From NCBI GenBank assembly GCA_041613315.1, contig JBFJHJ010000001.1:32001-96000 (forward strand): 64,000 nt of DNA, written 5' to 3'. This stretch comes from Gemmatimonadales bacterium (lineage in GTDB: Bacteria > Gemmatimonadota > Gemmatimonadetes > Gemmatimonadales > GWC2-71-9). The position numbers and the translations under genes were made by a program. Below are positions 18,684-28,444 of this stretch, in pieces. The notes beneath the pieces were generated by a model. That model made no database searches. It worked only from the letters and a program-made list of their open reading frames with translations, and was not told where the DNA came from. Each line of letters begins with the position of its first letter. Positions within the stretch are counted from its first letter, which is position 1.

Positions 18684-19748
18684 ATGGACAGTTCCGTCGT
18701 TGCGGTGGCCGTCTTGGGCGTGACGGTGCTGCTGCGGATCGCGCTGATCCTCCTCGTCATCTGGCTGCTCGTCCCACGCCGGCGCAGCTGCCCGCAGTGC
18801 GGAGAGGCGAGCGCCAGGGTCGTGGCGTCGCGCGTGCTCCGGCTCCTGTTGCTCGAGCGCCGCTGGTGCCTCCGCTGCGGGTGGGACGGGATCGCGAAGT
18901 GCCCGCCCGGCGGTGAGCGCTCAGCGAGGCGGTCCACCGCCCCGACCGCGCACCTGCTGTTCCTGGTGGCGCTTCCCTGGTTGGGGTGCGACCGGGGGGA
19001 TGACGTGCGCCGACTGTTCGACGATCCGTCGGCCTGGGTCGATCTCACCTATGCGTTCGATGCCCAGACGATCTACTGGCCCACGGCTGACGGGTTCAGC
19101 CTCGAGGTCGTCGCGGCCGGCATGACGCCGCAGGGATACTATTACGCCGCCAACAACATCCGCACCTCCGAGCACGGCGGAACGCACCTCGACGCGCCGC
19201 TCCACTTCGCCGAGGGCCGTCACGCGACCGATCAGATCCCCCTGGCGCAACTCGTGGGGCCGGCCGTCGTCGTGGACGTGACGGGAAAGACGGCGGCCGA
19301 TCGCGATTACCGCATTACGGCCGCGGACCTGCAGGCGTTCGAGACGGCGCATGGGCGCATCCCGGACGGGGCGATCGTGCTGTTCCGGACGGGGTGGGGT
19401 GCCAAATGGCCCGATCGGGCGGCGTACCTCGGGACGGCGGGCCGCGGGGCAGCCGCCGTCGCGGAGCTGCGTTTTCCGGGGATCGACACGACGGCCGCCC
19501 GCTGGCTGGTCCGCGAGCGGCGAATCGATGCCGTCGGCATCGACACGCCGAGCATCGATTACGGACAGTCATCCACCTTCGATACCCACCGCATCCTCTA
19601 TGCGGTAGATATCCCGGCCTTCGAGAACGTCGCGAACCTCGACCGTATGCCGGAGACGGGCGGTTACGTCGTGGCGCTACCGATGAAGATCGCTGGGGGA
19701 AGCGGCGGCCCACTCAGGATCGTCGGGGTAGTTCCACCGCCGCGTTAA
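18684..19748 (+). CDS. Cyclase-family (kynurenine formamidase-like) metal hydrolase with N-terminal TM/zinc-ribbon extension
   Basis: EHGGTHLDAPLHF, GIDTPSID, FENV, GGSGGPLR. True start uncertain. Confidence 0.85.
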   Translation: MDSSVVAVAVLGVTVLLRIALILLVIWLLVPRRRSCPQCGEASARVVASRVLRLLLLERRWCLRCGWDGIAKCPPGGERSARRSTAPTAHLLFLVALPWLGCDRGDDVRRLFDDPSAWVDLTYAFDAQTIYWPTADGFSLEVVAAGMTPQGYYYAANNIRTSEHGGTHLDAPLHFAEGRHATDQIPLAQLVGPAVVVDVTGKTAADRDYRITAADLQAFETAHGRIPDGAIVLFRTGWGAKWPDRAAYLGTAGRGAAAVAELRFPGIDTTAARWLVRERRIDAVGIDTPSIDYGQSSTFDTHRILYAVDIPAFENVANLDRMPETGGYVVALPMKIAGGSGGPLRIVGVVPPPR

Positions 19749-19767
19749 CGAGCCGGGTGCCCGCCGC

Positions 19768-22326
19768 TCACTCCCCCATCTCCCGCATCACGGCCAGCGG
19801 CGCGCGCCGAAACACCTCGCGGCTGTTGAGCACCCCGATCACCGTGGCCGCCGCCACCACCGCGAGCGTCAGCACGAGCAGCGGGAGCGGCGCCAATCGA
19901 AAGTCGAGCCGGAAGAAGAAGGTGGTGAGCGCCCAGCCGGCTGCGCCCGCCAGCAGCGCGCCGGTGAGCCCCGCGAGCGTCCCGAGCGCCAGGTACTCGG
20001 TCACCAGGATCTTGATGACCTGACGGGCGCGGGCGCCCAGCGTCTTGAGCAGAACGCTCTCGCGGAGCCGCTGGAATCGCGACGTGGCGATTGCGCCGAA
20101 CAACACGATGCCGCCGCTGGCAATACTGAAGAGGGCCATGAAGCGAATCGCCAGGGCCACGCTGCCCAGCAGCGTGTCGAGCGTCTGCTGGAGCAGCGTC
20201 AAGTCGATCGCCGAAATGTTGGGGTAGCGCAGCACCATGTCGCGCTGGAGCTCGGCGCGCGTCGTGGGGTCGCCGACCCGGGTGAGCGTGACGAAGCTCT
20301 TGGGGGCCTGCTCGAGGACACCAGGCTCGAACACGACGAAGAAGTTGGGCTCGAACCGCGCCCAGTTCACTTCTCGCACGCTCGCGACCTCGGTCTCGAC
20401 CTCGACGCCCTGCACGTCCCAGGTGATCCGGTCGCCGATCCCGAGCCGCAACTCCTGGAGCAGCCCTTCCTCGACGGACACGCGCGGCAGGCCAGACGAG
20501 GAACGGCGTCCCCCTCGGCCCGGCTCGTCCCACCAGGCGCCGGCCACGAGGCGCTCCGTCCGCACCAACGTGTCGCGATAGGTGTTCCGGTATTCGCGGC
20601 GCAGCGCCCAACGCGCCGGACGAACCCCGGCACTGTCCGCCGCGATCTCGTCCGTCGTACGCCCATTGAGCCGCGCGATGCGGGCCGGCACGATCGGCGT
20701 CATGGCGGGCGCTTCTACGCCGCGCTCGTGAACCAGGTCCTCCACGCCCGCCCGCTGATCCTCCTGAATGTCGAACACCACGAGGTTCGCCCGCCCGGGA
20801 CCGGTGTCGACGGTGATCGCGTCGAGTAGGTTCTGTTGCACCACGGCCAGCGTGCCCAAGAGGAACACGCCGAACCCGACCGCCAGCGTCACGGCGACGG
20901 TCTGGTTGTGCGGGCGGAACAGGTTGGCGATCCCCTGGCGGACCACGTACGGCGCGCGCCGTGGGAAGTAGCGGCGCGTGGCTCGTGTGAGCGCCCAGGC
21001 GAGGCCCCCCAAGACGACCGTCGTGGCCCCGATAGCGACCGCGAACGCAATGCCCGCCCCCGTGGCGGGCGCCTGCCACAGACTCAGCAGCAGCACGGTG
21101 GCGCCGAGCGCCAGGTACGCGGCGAAGCGCACGAGATCTCGGCGCGGGCGGTCGCCTTCTTCCTCGCGGCGCAGCGCTCGAAGCGGCGTCACGTCGCGTA
21201 CCGCGAGCAGCGGGAGTAGGGCGAACAGCACCGCCACCCACACGCCGATCCCGAGCCCGGCGACGATGGCCCCACCGTCGAGGGACGGCTGGACCTCGAG
21301 AGGCAGGAAGTCCGCGAGGAGTACGGGGAGCGTCCGTTGCACGGCCACTCCGACGAGAGCGCCGGCAGCGGCGCCAACGAGTCCCATCAGCGCGGCCTGG
21401 AGCACGTAGACGCCGAAGACCGTGCGCTGCGTCGCCCCGACGCAGCGCAGCACGGCCACCGTCGCCAGCTTGTCTTTCACGAAGACGTTGACAGCGCTGG
21501 CCACGCCGATGCCGCCCAGGATCAAGGCCACCAGCCCCACGAGTCCGAGGTAGCGAGCCAGCATGTCGAGCGACTCGGTGAGCTCTTCTTCGCGCTCCGA
21601 CACCGTGTCGTACCCCACCCGTTGCGACTCGAAGAGCGCGTTGTGCCGGTTCAGGAACCGTTCCACGCCGCCGGCGTCGGCGAACCGGAGGTACGCCGTG
21701 TAGAACGCGCGGCTCCCAAAGGTGAGGAGGCCCGTGTCGTCGAGGTATCGGCCCGGGATGTACACGCGCGGCCCGAGGGCCGAGCGGAGACTCACCTCGC
21801 CCGGCACGCGCGCCAGCGTCCCGATGATGACGAAGCGCACCTCGCCGATGCTGAGCGTGTCGCCGAGCCGGGCGTCCAGCTGCACGAGCACGGCCGGGTC
21901 CACCAGGGCGCGGCGGTCGTCCTGAAGGGTCGTCCACAGGCCGGGTGGGTCGGTGTCGATGGTGCCGTAGTAGGGATACCCACCCGTCACGCCGCGGACG
22001 TTGACCAGGCGCGTGAGGCCGCTTCGGCGGGCCAGCGCCATCGAGCCGAAGCTGGTGACGTACGCGACCGGGGTGCCCCGTGCGGTCATCGAGTCCAGCA
22101 CGGCGCGCACCGAGTCGGGAAAGGGGCGCCGGCTCCGGAGCTCCAGATCCGCTCCCAGCAGGTTGCGGGACTGATCCCGGATCGCGTTGGCCACGTCGCC
22201 GCGGAACCCGTTGATGGCGACCAAGGCGGCAACGCCGATGGAGATCGAGAACATGTAGAGCCCGATCCGCCGCCAGCTCGCGCGACCCTCCCGCCGGGCC
22301 ATCGCGAGCGTGAAGGACAGGTTCAC
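19768..22326 (-). CDS. ybbP: YbbP-like FtsX-type ABC permease
   Basis: LLGADL, VREVNW.RF.PNFFVVF, two FtsX modules. Confidence 0.9.
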   Translation of the reverse strand: MNLSFTLAMARREGRASWRRIGLYMFSISIGVAALVAINGFRGDVANAIRDQSRNLLGADLELRSRRPFPDSVRAVLDSMTARGTPVAYVTSFGSMALARRSGLTRLVNVRGVTGGYPYYGTIDTDPPGLWTTLQDDRRALVDPAVLVQLDARLGDTLSIGEVRFVIIGTLARVPGEVSLRSALGPRVYIPGRYLDDTGLLTFGSRAFYTAYLRFADAGGVERFLNRHNALFESQRVGYDTVSEREEELTESLDMLARYLGLVGLVALILGGIGVASAVNVFVKDKLATVAVLRCVGATQRTVFGVYVLQAALMGLVGAAAGALVGVAVQRTLPVLLADFLPLEVQPSLDGGAIVAGLGIGVWVAVLFALLPLLAVRDVTPLRALRREEEGDRPRRDLVRFAAYLALGATVLLLSLWQAPATGAGIAFAVAIGATTVVLGGLAWALTRATRRYFPRRAPYVVRQGIANLFRPHNQTVAVTLAVGFGVFLLGTLAVVQQNLLDAITVDTGPGRANLVVFDIQEDQRAGVEDLVHERGVEAPAMTPIVPARIARLNGRTTDEIAADSAGVRPARWALRREYRNTYRDTLVRTERLVAGAWWDEPGRGGRRSSSGLPRVSVEEGLLQELRLGIGDRITWDVQGVEVETEVASVREVNWARFEPNFFVVFEPGVLEQAPKSFVTLTRVGDPTTRAELQRDMVLRYPNISAIDLTLLQQTLDTLLGSVALAIRFMALFSIASGGIVLFGAIATSRFQRLRESVLLKTLGARARQVIKILVTEYLALGTLAGLTGALLAGAAGWALTTFFFRLDFRLAPLPLLVLTLAVVAAATVIGVLNSREVFRRAPLAVMREMGE

Positions 22327-23024
22327 GGCCGGACGCCCGCCGACGCGGAGTCGGAAGCGATCCGCCCACCCGAAAGCCGCACCACTCGATGTGCCCGCGT
22401 GGCGAGCTCCTGATCGTGCGTCACGAGCACCAGCGTCGTTTTCGCCTCGCGATTGAGCGCCACCAGCAGATCGATGATCGCATGGCCGGTTTCGGCGTCC
22501 AGGTTGCCCGTGGGCTCGTCCGCGAAGAGGATCCGCGGCTCGTTGGCGAAGGCGCGGGCCAGGGCGACGCGTTGCTGTTCCCCGCCCGAGAGCTGCGCCG
22601 GATAGTGGTCGGCCCGGTCCCCGAGTCCCACCTTGGTCAGCAGCTCGAGCGCCCGCCGGTCGGCGTCACGCCCGTTGCGGCCGGCCCACCGCAGCTCCAT
22701 CGGCACGAGCACGTTCTCGAGCGCTGTGAGGGTCGGGATGAGCTGGAACGTCTGGAAGACGAATCCCACCTTCTCCGCCCGGAACCCCGCCCGCTCGTCC
22801 TCCGTCAGCGCATCGAGATCCTGGCCGTCCAGACGCACGGTGCCGGCCGTGGGCCGGTCGAGTCCGGCCAGCAGGCCGAGCAGGGTGGTCTTCCCACTCC
22901 CGGAAGGCCCCACGATGGCGACGAACCCCTCCGGCTCCACCGACAGGTTGATTCCCGTCAGCACGCGGAGCGGACGGCCCCCGCTGGTGTATGTTTGTTC
23001 GAGATTCTCGGCGACGATCATCAT
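22323..23024 (-). CDS. ybbA: YbbA-like ABC ATP-binding protein
   Basis: GPSGSGKTT, LSGGEQQR, ADEPTGNLD. Confidence 0.92.
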   Translation of the reverse strand: MMIVAENLEQTYTSGGRPLRVLTGINLSVEPEGFVAIVGPSGSGKTTLLGLLAGLDRPTAGTVRLDGQDLDALTEDERAGFRAEKVGFVFQTFQLIPTLTALENVLVPMELRWAGRNGRDADRRALELLTKVGLGDRADHYPAQLSGGEQQRVALARAFANEPRILFADEPTGNLDAETGHAIIDLLVALNREAKTTLVLVTHDQELATRAHRVVRLSGGRIASDSASAGVRP

Positions 23025-23721
23025 GGCTCGAAAGGTACTCTTGGCGGCGCTCGCGGCGCTCGTGGGCTGCGGGTCGGAGCAGCAACCCCGGGAGGTCGTA
23101 CGCCCCGGGGGCGCGGAGGTTTCGCCGGCCCGGGCGCCCGGCGGCAGCGGGGCGCCCGCGGTCCTGTTTCTCGGGACCAGCCTCACCGCGGGGCTCGGCC
23201 TCGATCCCGATGAGGCGTTCCCCGCGCTGATCGCGCAACGAATCGACTCGGCCGGCCTGCCGTTTCGCGTCGTGAACGCCGGCGTGTCGGGAGAGACCTC
23301 CGCCGGTGGCCTCGCGCGCATCGACTGGCTCCTGCGCCAGCCGGTTGCGGTTCTCGTGCTCGAGCTGGGCGCCAACGACGGCCTCCGCGGTCAGGACCCC
23401 GACGCGATGCGGCGAAACATTCAGCAGATCATTGACCGGACGCGGGCCGCCCATCCCGACGCCCGGATCGTAATCGCCGGCATGCAGGCGCCCCCCAACA
23501 TGGGCGGCTTCTACACCGATGCCTTTCGGGAGGTGTTTCCCGCCATCGCACGCGCCAACGGCGCCGCCCTCATCCCCTTCCTGCTGCAGGACGTCGCTGG
23601 CCACCGCCGGCTGAACCAGGCGGACGGGATCCACCCCACGGCGGCGGGGCAGCGCATCGTGGCGGAGAACGTCTGGAAGGTGCTGGGGCCGGTGCTCAAG
23701 AACCTCGCCGCGACCTCCTGA
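23023..23721 (+). CDS. tesA: TesA-like SGNH arylesterase/thioesterase lipoprotein
   Basis: GTSLTAG, NAGVSG, ELGANDGLRG, DGIHP; lipobox LVGC. Confidence 0.9.
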   Translation: MARKVLLAALAALVGCGSEQQPREVVRPGGAEVSPARAPGGSGAPAVLFLGTSLTAGLGLDPDEAFPALIAQRIDSAGLPFRVVNAGVSGETSAGGLARIDWLLRQPVAVLVLELGANDGLRGQDPDAMRRNIQQIIDRTRAAHPDARIVIAGMQAPPNMGGFYTDAFREVFPAIARANGAALIPFLLQDVAGHRRLNQADGIHPTAAGQRIVAENVWKVLGPVLKNLAATS

Positions 23722-23739
23722 TCGGTGCGCGCGCTGTAG

Positions 23740-24579
23740 TCACCCCGCGGCGATCAGCCGCGCGCTCACCTCCCACAGCCGCTGTTGGGCGTCCCGGTCG
23801 TACGAGCGAGCGGAGGAGCGTCGGGGGGCGCGGCGGACGAAGTATTGGCCGGTGATGCCCTCCACCTTCGGCGAGACCGCCAAATGGATCGCGGTCGCGG
23901 CGCCCCTGGCCGGGCGCCCGTAGCCCAGGCTCAGCAGCCAGGCAAGGGAGCGCGGCAGGGGCGTCAGGTCGCGGGCGAGCCCGGTCCGGATGACGCCGGG
24001 GTGCAGGCAGTTGGCGGTGACGCCGGTGCCCTCCAGGCGGCGGGCCAGTTCGTAGGTGAAGAGCACGTTCATGAGCTTGGTGCTCGCGTATCGGCTCCAG
24101 CGGCCGTAGCGGCGCTCGGCCTGGAGATCGTCAAAGTCGAGCCGGGCCACCCGATGGGCGTCGGATGAAACGGTGACGACGCGCGCCGGGGCGCTCGCCC
24201 CAAGGCACTCGCGGAGCAGCGCCGTCAGCAGGAACGGCGCCAGGTGATTCACGGCGAGTTGCAGCTCGATGCCGTCGTCCGAGACTTGCCGGCGTCGGGG
24301 GACGACCCCCGCGTTGTGCACGAGGACGTCGACGCGGCCGAACCGCTCCGTGTACGCCGCCGCCAGACGGCGGATCGAGCCACCGGAGGCCAGGTCCGCC
24401 AGCATCACGTGCACCTTTTCGTTCCGCGTCCGCCGCCGGATGCGGGCGGCGGCCTCCTGCGCGGCCTGGAGATCCCGGCACACGAGCACCACATTCGCCC
24501 CGGCAGCGGCGAGCCCTTCGGCGATGGCTCGCCCGATGCCGCGGTTGGCGCCGGTGACCAAGCAGACTTTATCGTGCAT
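23740..24579 (-). CDS. SDR, retinol-dehydrogenase-like
   Basis: TGANRGIG, HNAG, VNHL, YASTK, LHPG. Confidence 0.9.
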   Translation of the reverse strand: MHDKVCLVTGANRGIGRAIAEGLAAAGANVVLVCRDLQAAQEAAARIRRRTRNEKVHVMLADLASGGSIRRLAAAYTERFGRVDVLVHNAGVVPRRRQVSDDGIELQLAVNHLAPFLLTALLRECLGASAPARVVTVSSDAHRVARLDFDDLQAERRYGRWSRYASTKLMNVLFTYELARRLEGTGVTANCLHPGVIRTGLARDLTPLPRSLAWLLSLGYGRPARGAATAIHLAVSPKVEGITGQYFVRRAPRRSSARSYDRDAQQRLWEVSARLIAAG

Positions 24580-24698
24580 TGGGATGCCGTACGCTGTGGG
24601 TTGGGGTCGGCGGGCGCTGCGCCGAAGTTGCATGTTGCGGCACTCCCCAACAAGCCGTCACGTCTGACGGGCGACGGACAACGGACCACACGCGAGCC

Positions 24699-25328
24699 AT
24701 GCAACTGCTCCGCCCGACCAAGATCGTCTGCGTAGGCCGCAACTACGCGGCGCACGCGAAGGAGCTGGGCAACCCGCTGCCGGAGCGCCCGCTCCTCTTT
24801 CTCAAGCCGCCGTCCGCGCTGATCGGGGACGGGGCCGCGATCGTGCTCCCCGCGGACTCGCAGCGCGTGGAGCACGAGGCGGAGCTCGGTATCGTGATCG
24901 GCCGGCGGTTGCGGAGAGCGGACGAGGCCGCGGCGCTCGCCGCGGTTCGCGGGGTGACGTGCGTCAACGACGTCACGGCGAGGGATCTGCAACACACCGA
25001 CGGCCAGTGGACGCGGGCCAAAGGGTTCGACACCTTCTGTCCGGCGGGCCCGCGCATCGTGCCGCTCGCTGACCTCCCGCCGCTGGACGCGCTCGAGGTG
25101 ATCTGCCGCGTGAACGGGGACGAGCGTCAGCACGGCCGGTCGGGCGACCTGATCTTCGGCGTGCCGGCGCTCCTCGCCTATGTCTCCTCCATCATGACCC
25201 TCGAGCCGGGCGACCTGGTGGCCACGGGTACGCCCGCGGGTGTGGGGCCGCTGACGGTGAATGATGTGGTGGAGGTGGAAATCCCTGGCGTGGGCGTGTT
25301 GCGGAATCCCGTGCGGGCGGGCGCGTGA
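24699..25328 (+). CDS. Fumarylacetoacetate hydrolase family protein
   Basis: VGRNYAAH, FLKP, EHEAEL, NDVTAR, KGFDTF, TGTP. Confidence 0.93.
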   Translation: MQLLRPTKIVCVGRNYAAHAKELGNPLPERPLLFLKPPSALIGDGAAIVLPADSQRVEHEAELGIVIGRRLRRADEAAALAAVRGVTCVNDVTARDLQHTDGQWTRAKGFDTFCPAGPRIVPLADLPPLDALEVICRVNGDERQHGRSGDLIFGVPALLAYVSSIMTLEPGDLVATGTPAGVGPLTVNDVVEVEIPGVGVLRNPVRAGA

Positions 25329-25330
25329 CG

Positions 25331-25855
25331 TCAGTCGGCGCGCACCACTAAGACTCTGACCGTCCGGCCGAGGGGCGTCGCCGCCGAGACGTATCCGATC
25401 GCGTTCGTGTCTCGGGCGACGAACTCCAGCATCTCGGCATCGGATGCGCGCTCGACCGGCGGAACGGCATGGCCGGTGAAGATCTGCCGGTGCCAATAGG
25501 CGCGAATGGCGGACACGGACCGGCCGTGGACGTCGCGCGTGAACCGCTCGCGGACCGGGGAGTTTGGGGCAAGGTCCGCAGCCGCGATGCCGCCCCCCTC
25601 CGGCCAGCGCGTCATCTGTTTCAAGAAGATGCGGGAGAGGTCATCACGACTGATGGTGGTGATGGGATTGGCGGCGTTGACGATCACGTGGTATTCGACA
25701 CGCTGGGCGGCGAGCGGCCGCGCGGGAAGGAGCGCGCCGAGCGCGCCAAGCACCACACCGATCACGGGCCACGGCCCGTACCACGCGCGCGTCCCGCGGG
25801 CTTTCCAGGCGCGACGCCGGGGCGTCGCGGCACCAAACGAGTGCACGTCGTCCAC
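25331..25855 (-). CDS. Small PstS-like substrate-binding-fold protein
   Basis: VIVNAANP...LSRIFL...W...YW.RQIFTG...NAIGYV. Start uncertain. Confidence 0.75.
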   Translation of the reverse strand: MDDVHSFGAATPRRRAWKARGTRAWYGPWPVIGVVLGALGALLPARPLAAQRVEYHVIVNAANPITTISRDDLSRIFLKQMTRWPEGGGIAAADLAPNSPVRERFTRDVHGRSVSAIRAYWHRQIFTGHAVPPVERASDAEMLEFVARDTNAIGYVSAATPLGRTVRVLVVRAD

Positions 25856-25868
25856 CGAGCCCGGCCGG

Positions 25869-27110
25869 CTAGAACTCGGCGGTGATCGCGAGCGCGAGGA
25901 GGTTGTTGGCGACCTGTGGAGCGTCTCGGCCCTCGCGCTGCACGAGGTAGGCGAGCTTGGCCTTGAGCAGATCCGTCGCCTGCACCTCGACGCCGGCGCC
26001 GAACTGGGTGCGCCGCAAGGTCTGGCCGGCCAGGGTCTCCTCGTCGGCATAGCCCCATCGGCCGACCAGGCTCACCCGTTGCACCTGTTTGGATCTCGGC
26101 GTCAGGACGATCGCGGGCTCAACCGTGGCACCCCGGCGGTCGAGCCGCGGGAGCGGGGCGCCCTCGAGGTCCTCCCGTGAGCGGTAGTAGTAGCCCGAGA
26201 GCCTGAACCCCGGCGCCTCGACCCTGAGGTCGGGCCCGAGCGCCCAGAACTCGGCGCCGTATCGGCGCGGATCGTCGATGCCGAAATCGGTGGACGTGCC
26301 CGAGCGCATGCGGCCGCGGGCCGCGCTGAATCCGAGATCCACCTTCGCGGCGCTGCGGACGGCGACGGCGAGCCGGCCCGTGAGCGACCGGTCACCATCC
26401 GCATCGAACGCCGTGGCCATCACGTTGTCCATCAACTCAAAGCTCGGCACACCGTTGCCGACGGCGGCCACGTAGTTGATCCCCACCCGCCGGCCGACCA
26501 GCCATTCGCCCTCCGCCATCGCGCCGACTTCGTTGTAGTGGGCCGGCACCGCCTCCCCCGCGGCGGGGGAGAGCACGCTGAACGTGTTGACGGCCGAGAA
26601 CCATTCATGGTTGTGGATCCCGAAGGGCCACCAGAACCGCCCGAAAGCGAACCGGAGGCTGGCGTCTCCGCCGGCGAGTCCCGCCACGTCCCACGTGACC
26701 TTCGCCTCGGTAATGACGGGGTCGAGGCCGTTCCCCACGAAGTGGAGCTCGACCACGGCTCCCACGCCGCGCAGGGGCTCGCCACCGACGAACACGGCGG
26801 CGTCATTGCGGAAGCCCGACTCGTTCACGCCCGTGCGCGGACTCAGGCCGCTGACGAGGATCTGCGGCGTCGCGCCGACCTCGCTGCCCAGGCCGTCCTG
26901 CGCTTCCACATAGACCATCGTGACGTACCCGTGGAGCCGGAAGAAGCTCGTCGGGTGCGCGTATTGGCCGCTCGCCGTGGTGCGCCGGATATCGCTCAGC
27001 GTTACCGTGTCGCTCGGCTCCTCCTGGCCCGGTAGCAGGCCGGCGGAGAGAGTCCCGAAGAACGAGACCAGCACGCTCGCGCGGATGAGGCCGCGCCGGG
27101 CTCTTTGCAT
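25869..27110 (-). CDS. Outer-membrane beta-barrel porin (OprO/P-like)
   Basis: Signal peptide, amphipathic strands, FGRFWWPFG, terminal Phe; GGAGGAG RBS. Confidence 0.75.
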   Translation of the reverse strand: MQRARRGLIRASVLVSFFGTLSAGLLPGQEEPSDTVTLSDIRRTTASGQYAHPTSFFRLHGYVTMVYVEAQDGLGSEVGATPQILVSGLSPRTGVNESGFRNDAAVFVGGEPLRGVGAVVELHFVGNGLDPVITEAKVTWDVAGLAGGDASLRFAFGRFWWPFGIHNHEWFSAVNTFSVLSPAAGEAVPAHYNEVGAMAEGEWLVGRRVGINYVAAVGNGVPSFELMDNVMATAFDADGDRSLTGRLAVAVRSAAKVDLGFSAARGRMRSGTSTDFGIDDPRRYGAEFWALGPDLRVEAPGFRLSGYYYRSREDLEGAPLPRLDRRGATVEPAIVLTPRSKQVQRVSLVGRWGYADEETLAGQTLRRTQFGAGVEVQATDLLKAKLAYLVQREGRDAPQVANNLLALAITAEF

Positions 27111-27190
27111 GTTCTCCTCCATCGCTCCATGAGCCCGTCGACCATCCGGTAGCCGGGCGCACCACATTCTCGCGCCGTGGCGCACACTGC

Positions 27191-27206
27191 CGTGACAGCT
27201 ATCACA
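27191..27206. promoter_or_regulatory. CRP/FNR-family box upstream of the porin
   Basis: CGTGA-N6-TCACA, 9 of 10 match to TGTGA-N6-TCACA. Confidence 0.55.
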
Positions 27207-27323
27207 GGGCGGAGCGATGCCGGGTTGCGCGCCGCGTGCAGCCGGGTGGGGAATTTCGTGGTGGGAACCCTGCGATCGCGAGCGAGGGCAACCGCCGTCC
27301 TCCGTGGACCTACGTCGTCGGCC

Positions 27324-28358
27324 TCACGGCGTCCCTCGGCGCCACGCCGCGCCGTCATAGATCCACAGATCGTTCGCTCGCGTGCGCTCGGCGACTGCCA
27401 TGCTCTGCCCAACCACCCCACCGAACACCACGAACCCGCCCCCCGGCACGTAGACACCCTCGTGCTCGGCCCGCGCGGGCGGTCCCACCGCATCGAGCCG
27501 CGACCAGGCCGCGCCGTCCCACGACCACAGGTCGGCGACGCGGCCCTCGGCGCCGAAGCCGCCGAAGACCAGCATCCGGTCTCCGGCGGCATCGTAGTCC
27601 ATGGCGTAGTGCACACCGGGCGGTGCGTCGGGCGAGACGATCGGCCGCCACGCGCGGCCATTCCATTCCCAGAGATCGTTGAGCCCCCGCTCGCCGTCGT
27701 AGCCCCCGAGCAGGATGATCGTGCCCCGCCCGGCGTGGTACGCCAGCGTGAACGCGCCGCGAGCCGACGGGCCGCCGTCGCTCACCCGGTACCAGGCGCC
27801 GCCGTCCCATTCCCAGGTGTCGCCGAGCCGCGCGCGGCCCTCGCCCGAGCCGCCGAACAGCACGGCGCGTCCGCGACGGGGGTCGAACGCCATGGCGCCC
27901 AAGTTGCGGGGCGGGGGGCCGTCAACCGCCGACTCGACCCACGACGTGCCGTCGAACTCCCAGGTGTCGCCGAAGCGGACACCGCCTCCCGCTCCGCCGA
28001 ACAGCACGACCCGTCGTCGGCGCGCATCGTAGGTCATCTGGAGGTCGCTTCGCGGCGCCGGTCCCACGACGGAGGCCGCGCGCCAACGGGACCCGTCCCA
28101 TTCCCACGTATCACCGAGACGGGTGCCGCTGGAGTCGGCGCCTCCGAAGAGGACGACCGTGCGGCGCGCGGCGTCGTAGGCGAAGCCGAACCCGCTCCGG
28201 GGCGCCGGGGCAGCGGCGGCGCGATGGTCCTCTCGAGCGCATGCGCCCGCGACTAGACTGAGGACGAGCAGGGCGAGCACCCCGGAGGCGGGCCGGCACG
28301 GCAGCCGCTCATGCCACCGGGCGGCGATGTCGCGGGCGGGGGAACGTGGGTCGAGCAT
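27324..28358 (-). CDS. Kelch-repeat beta-propeller lipoprotein
   Basis: Six repeats of YD..R..VLFGG...DTWEWDG..W; lipobox AGAC. Confidence 0.88.
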   Translation of the reverse strand: MLDPRSPARDIAARWHERLPCRPASGVLALLVLSLVAGACAREDHRAAAAPAPRSGFGFAYDAARRTVVLFGGADSSGTRLGDTWEWDGSRWRAASVVGPAPRSDLQMTYDARRRRVVLFGGAGGGVRFGDTWEFDGTSWVESAVDGPPPRNLGAMAFDPRRGRAVLFGGSGEGRARLGDTWEWDGGAWYRVSDGGPSARGAFTLAYHAGRGTIILLGGYDGERGLNDLWEWNGRAWRPIVSPDAPPGVHYAMDYDAAGDRMLVFGGFGAEGRVADLWSWDGAAWSRLDAVGPPARAEHEGVYVPGGGFVVFGGVVGQSMAVAERTRANDLWIYDGAAWRRGTP

Positions 28359-28444
28359 GGGCCGGGCTAATCTATGAGGTTCCCGGCGCGGCAGGGACGG
28401 AGCCTGTGCGACGAGCCATCAGGGAACGGTGGAGGCCGTGGTGT

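Noticed and set aside
27400..28210. Repeated DNA units resembling an array
   Set aside because: They are coding Kelch repeats, not CRISPR or non-coding repeats.
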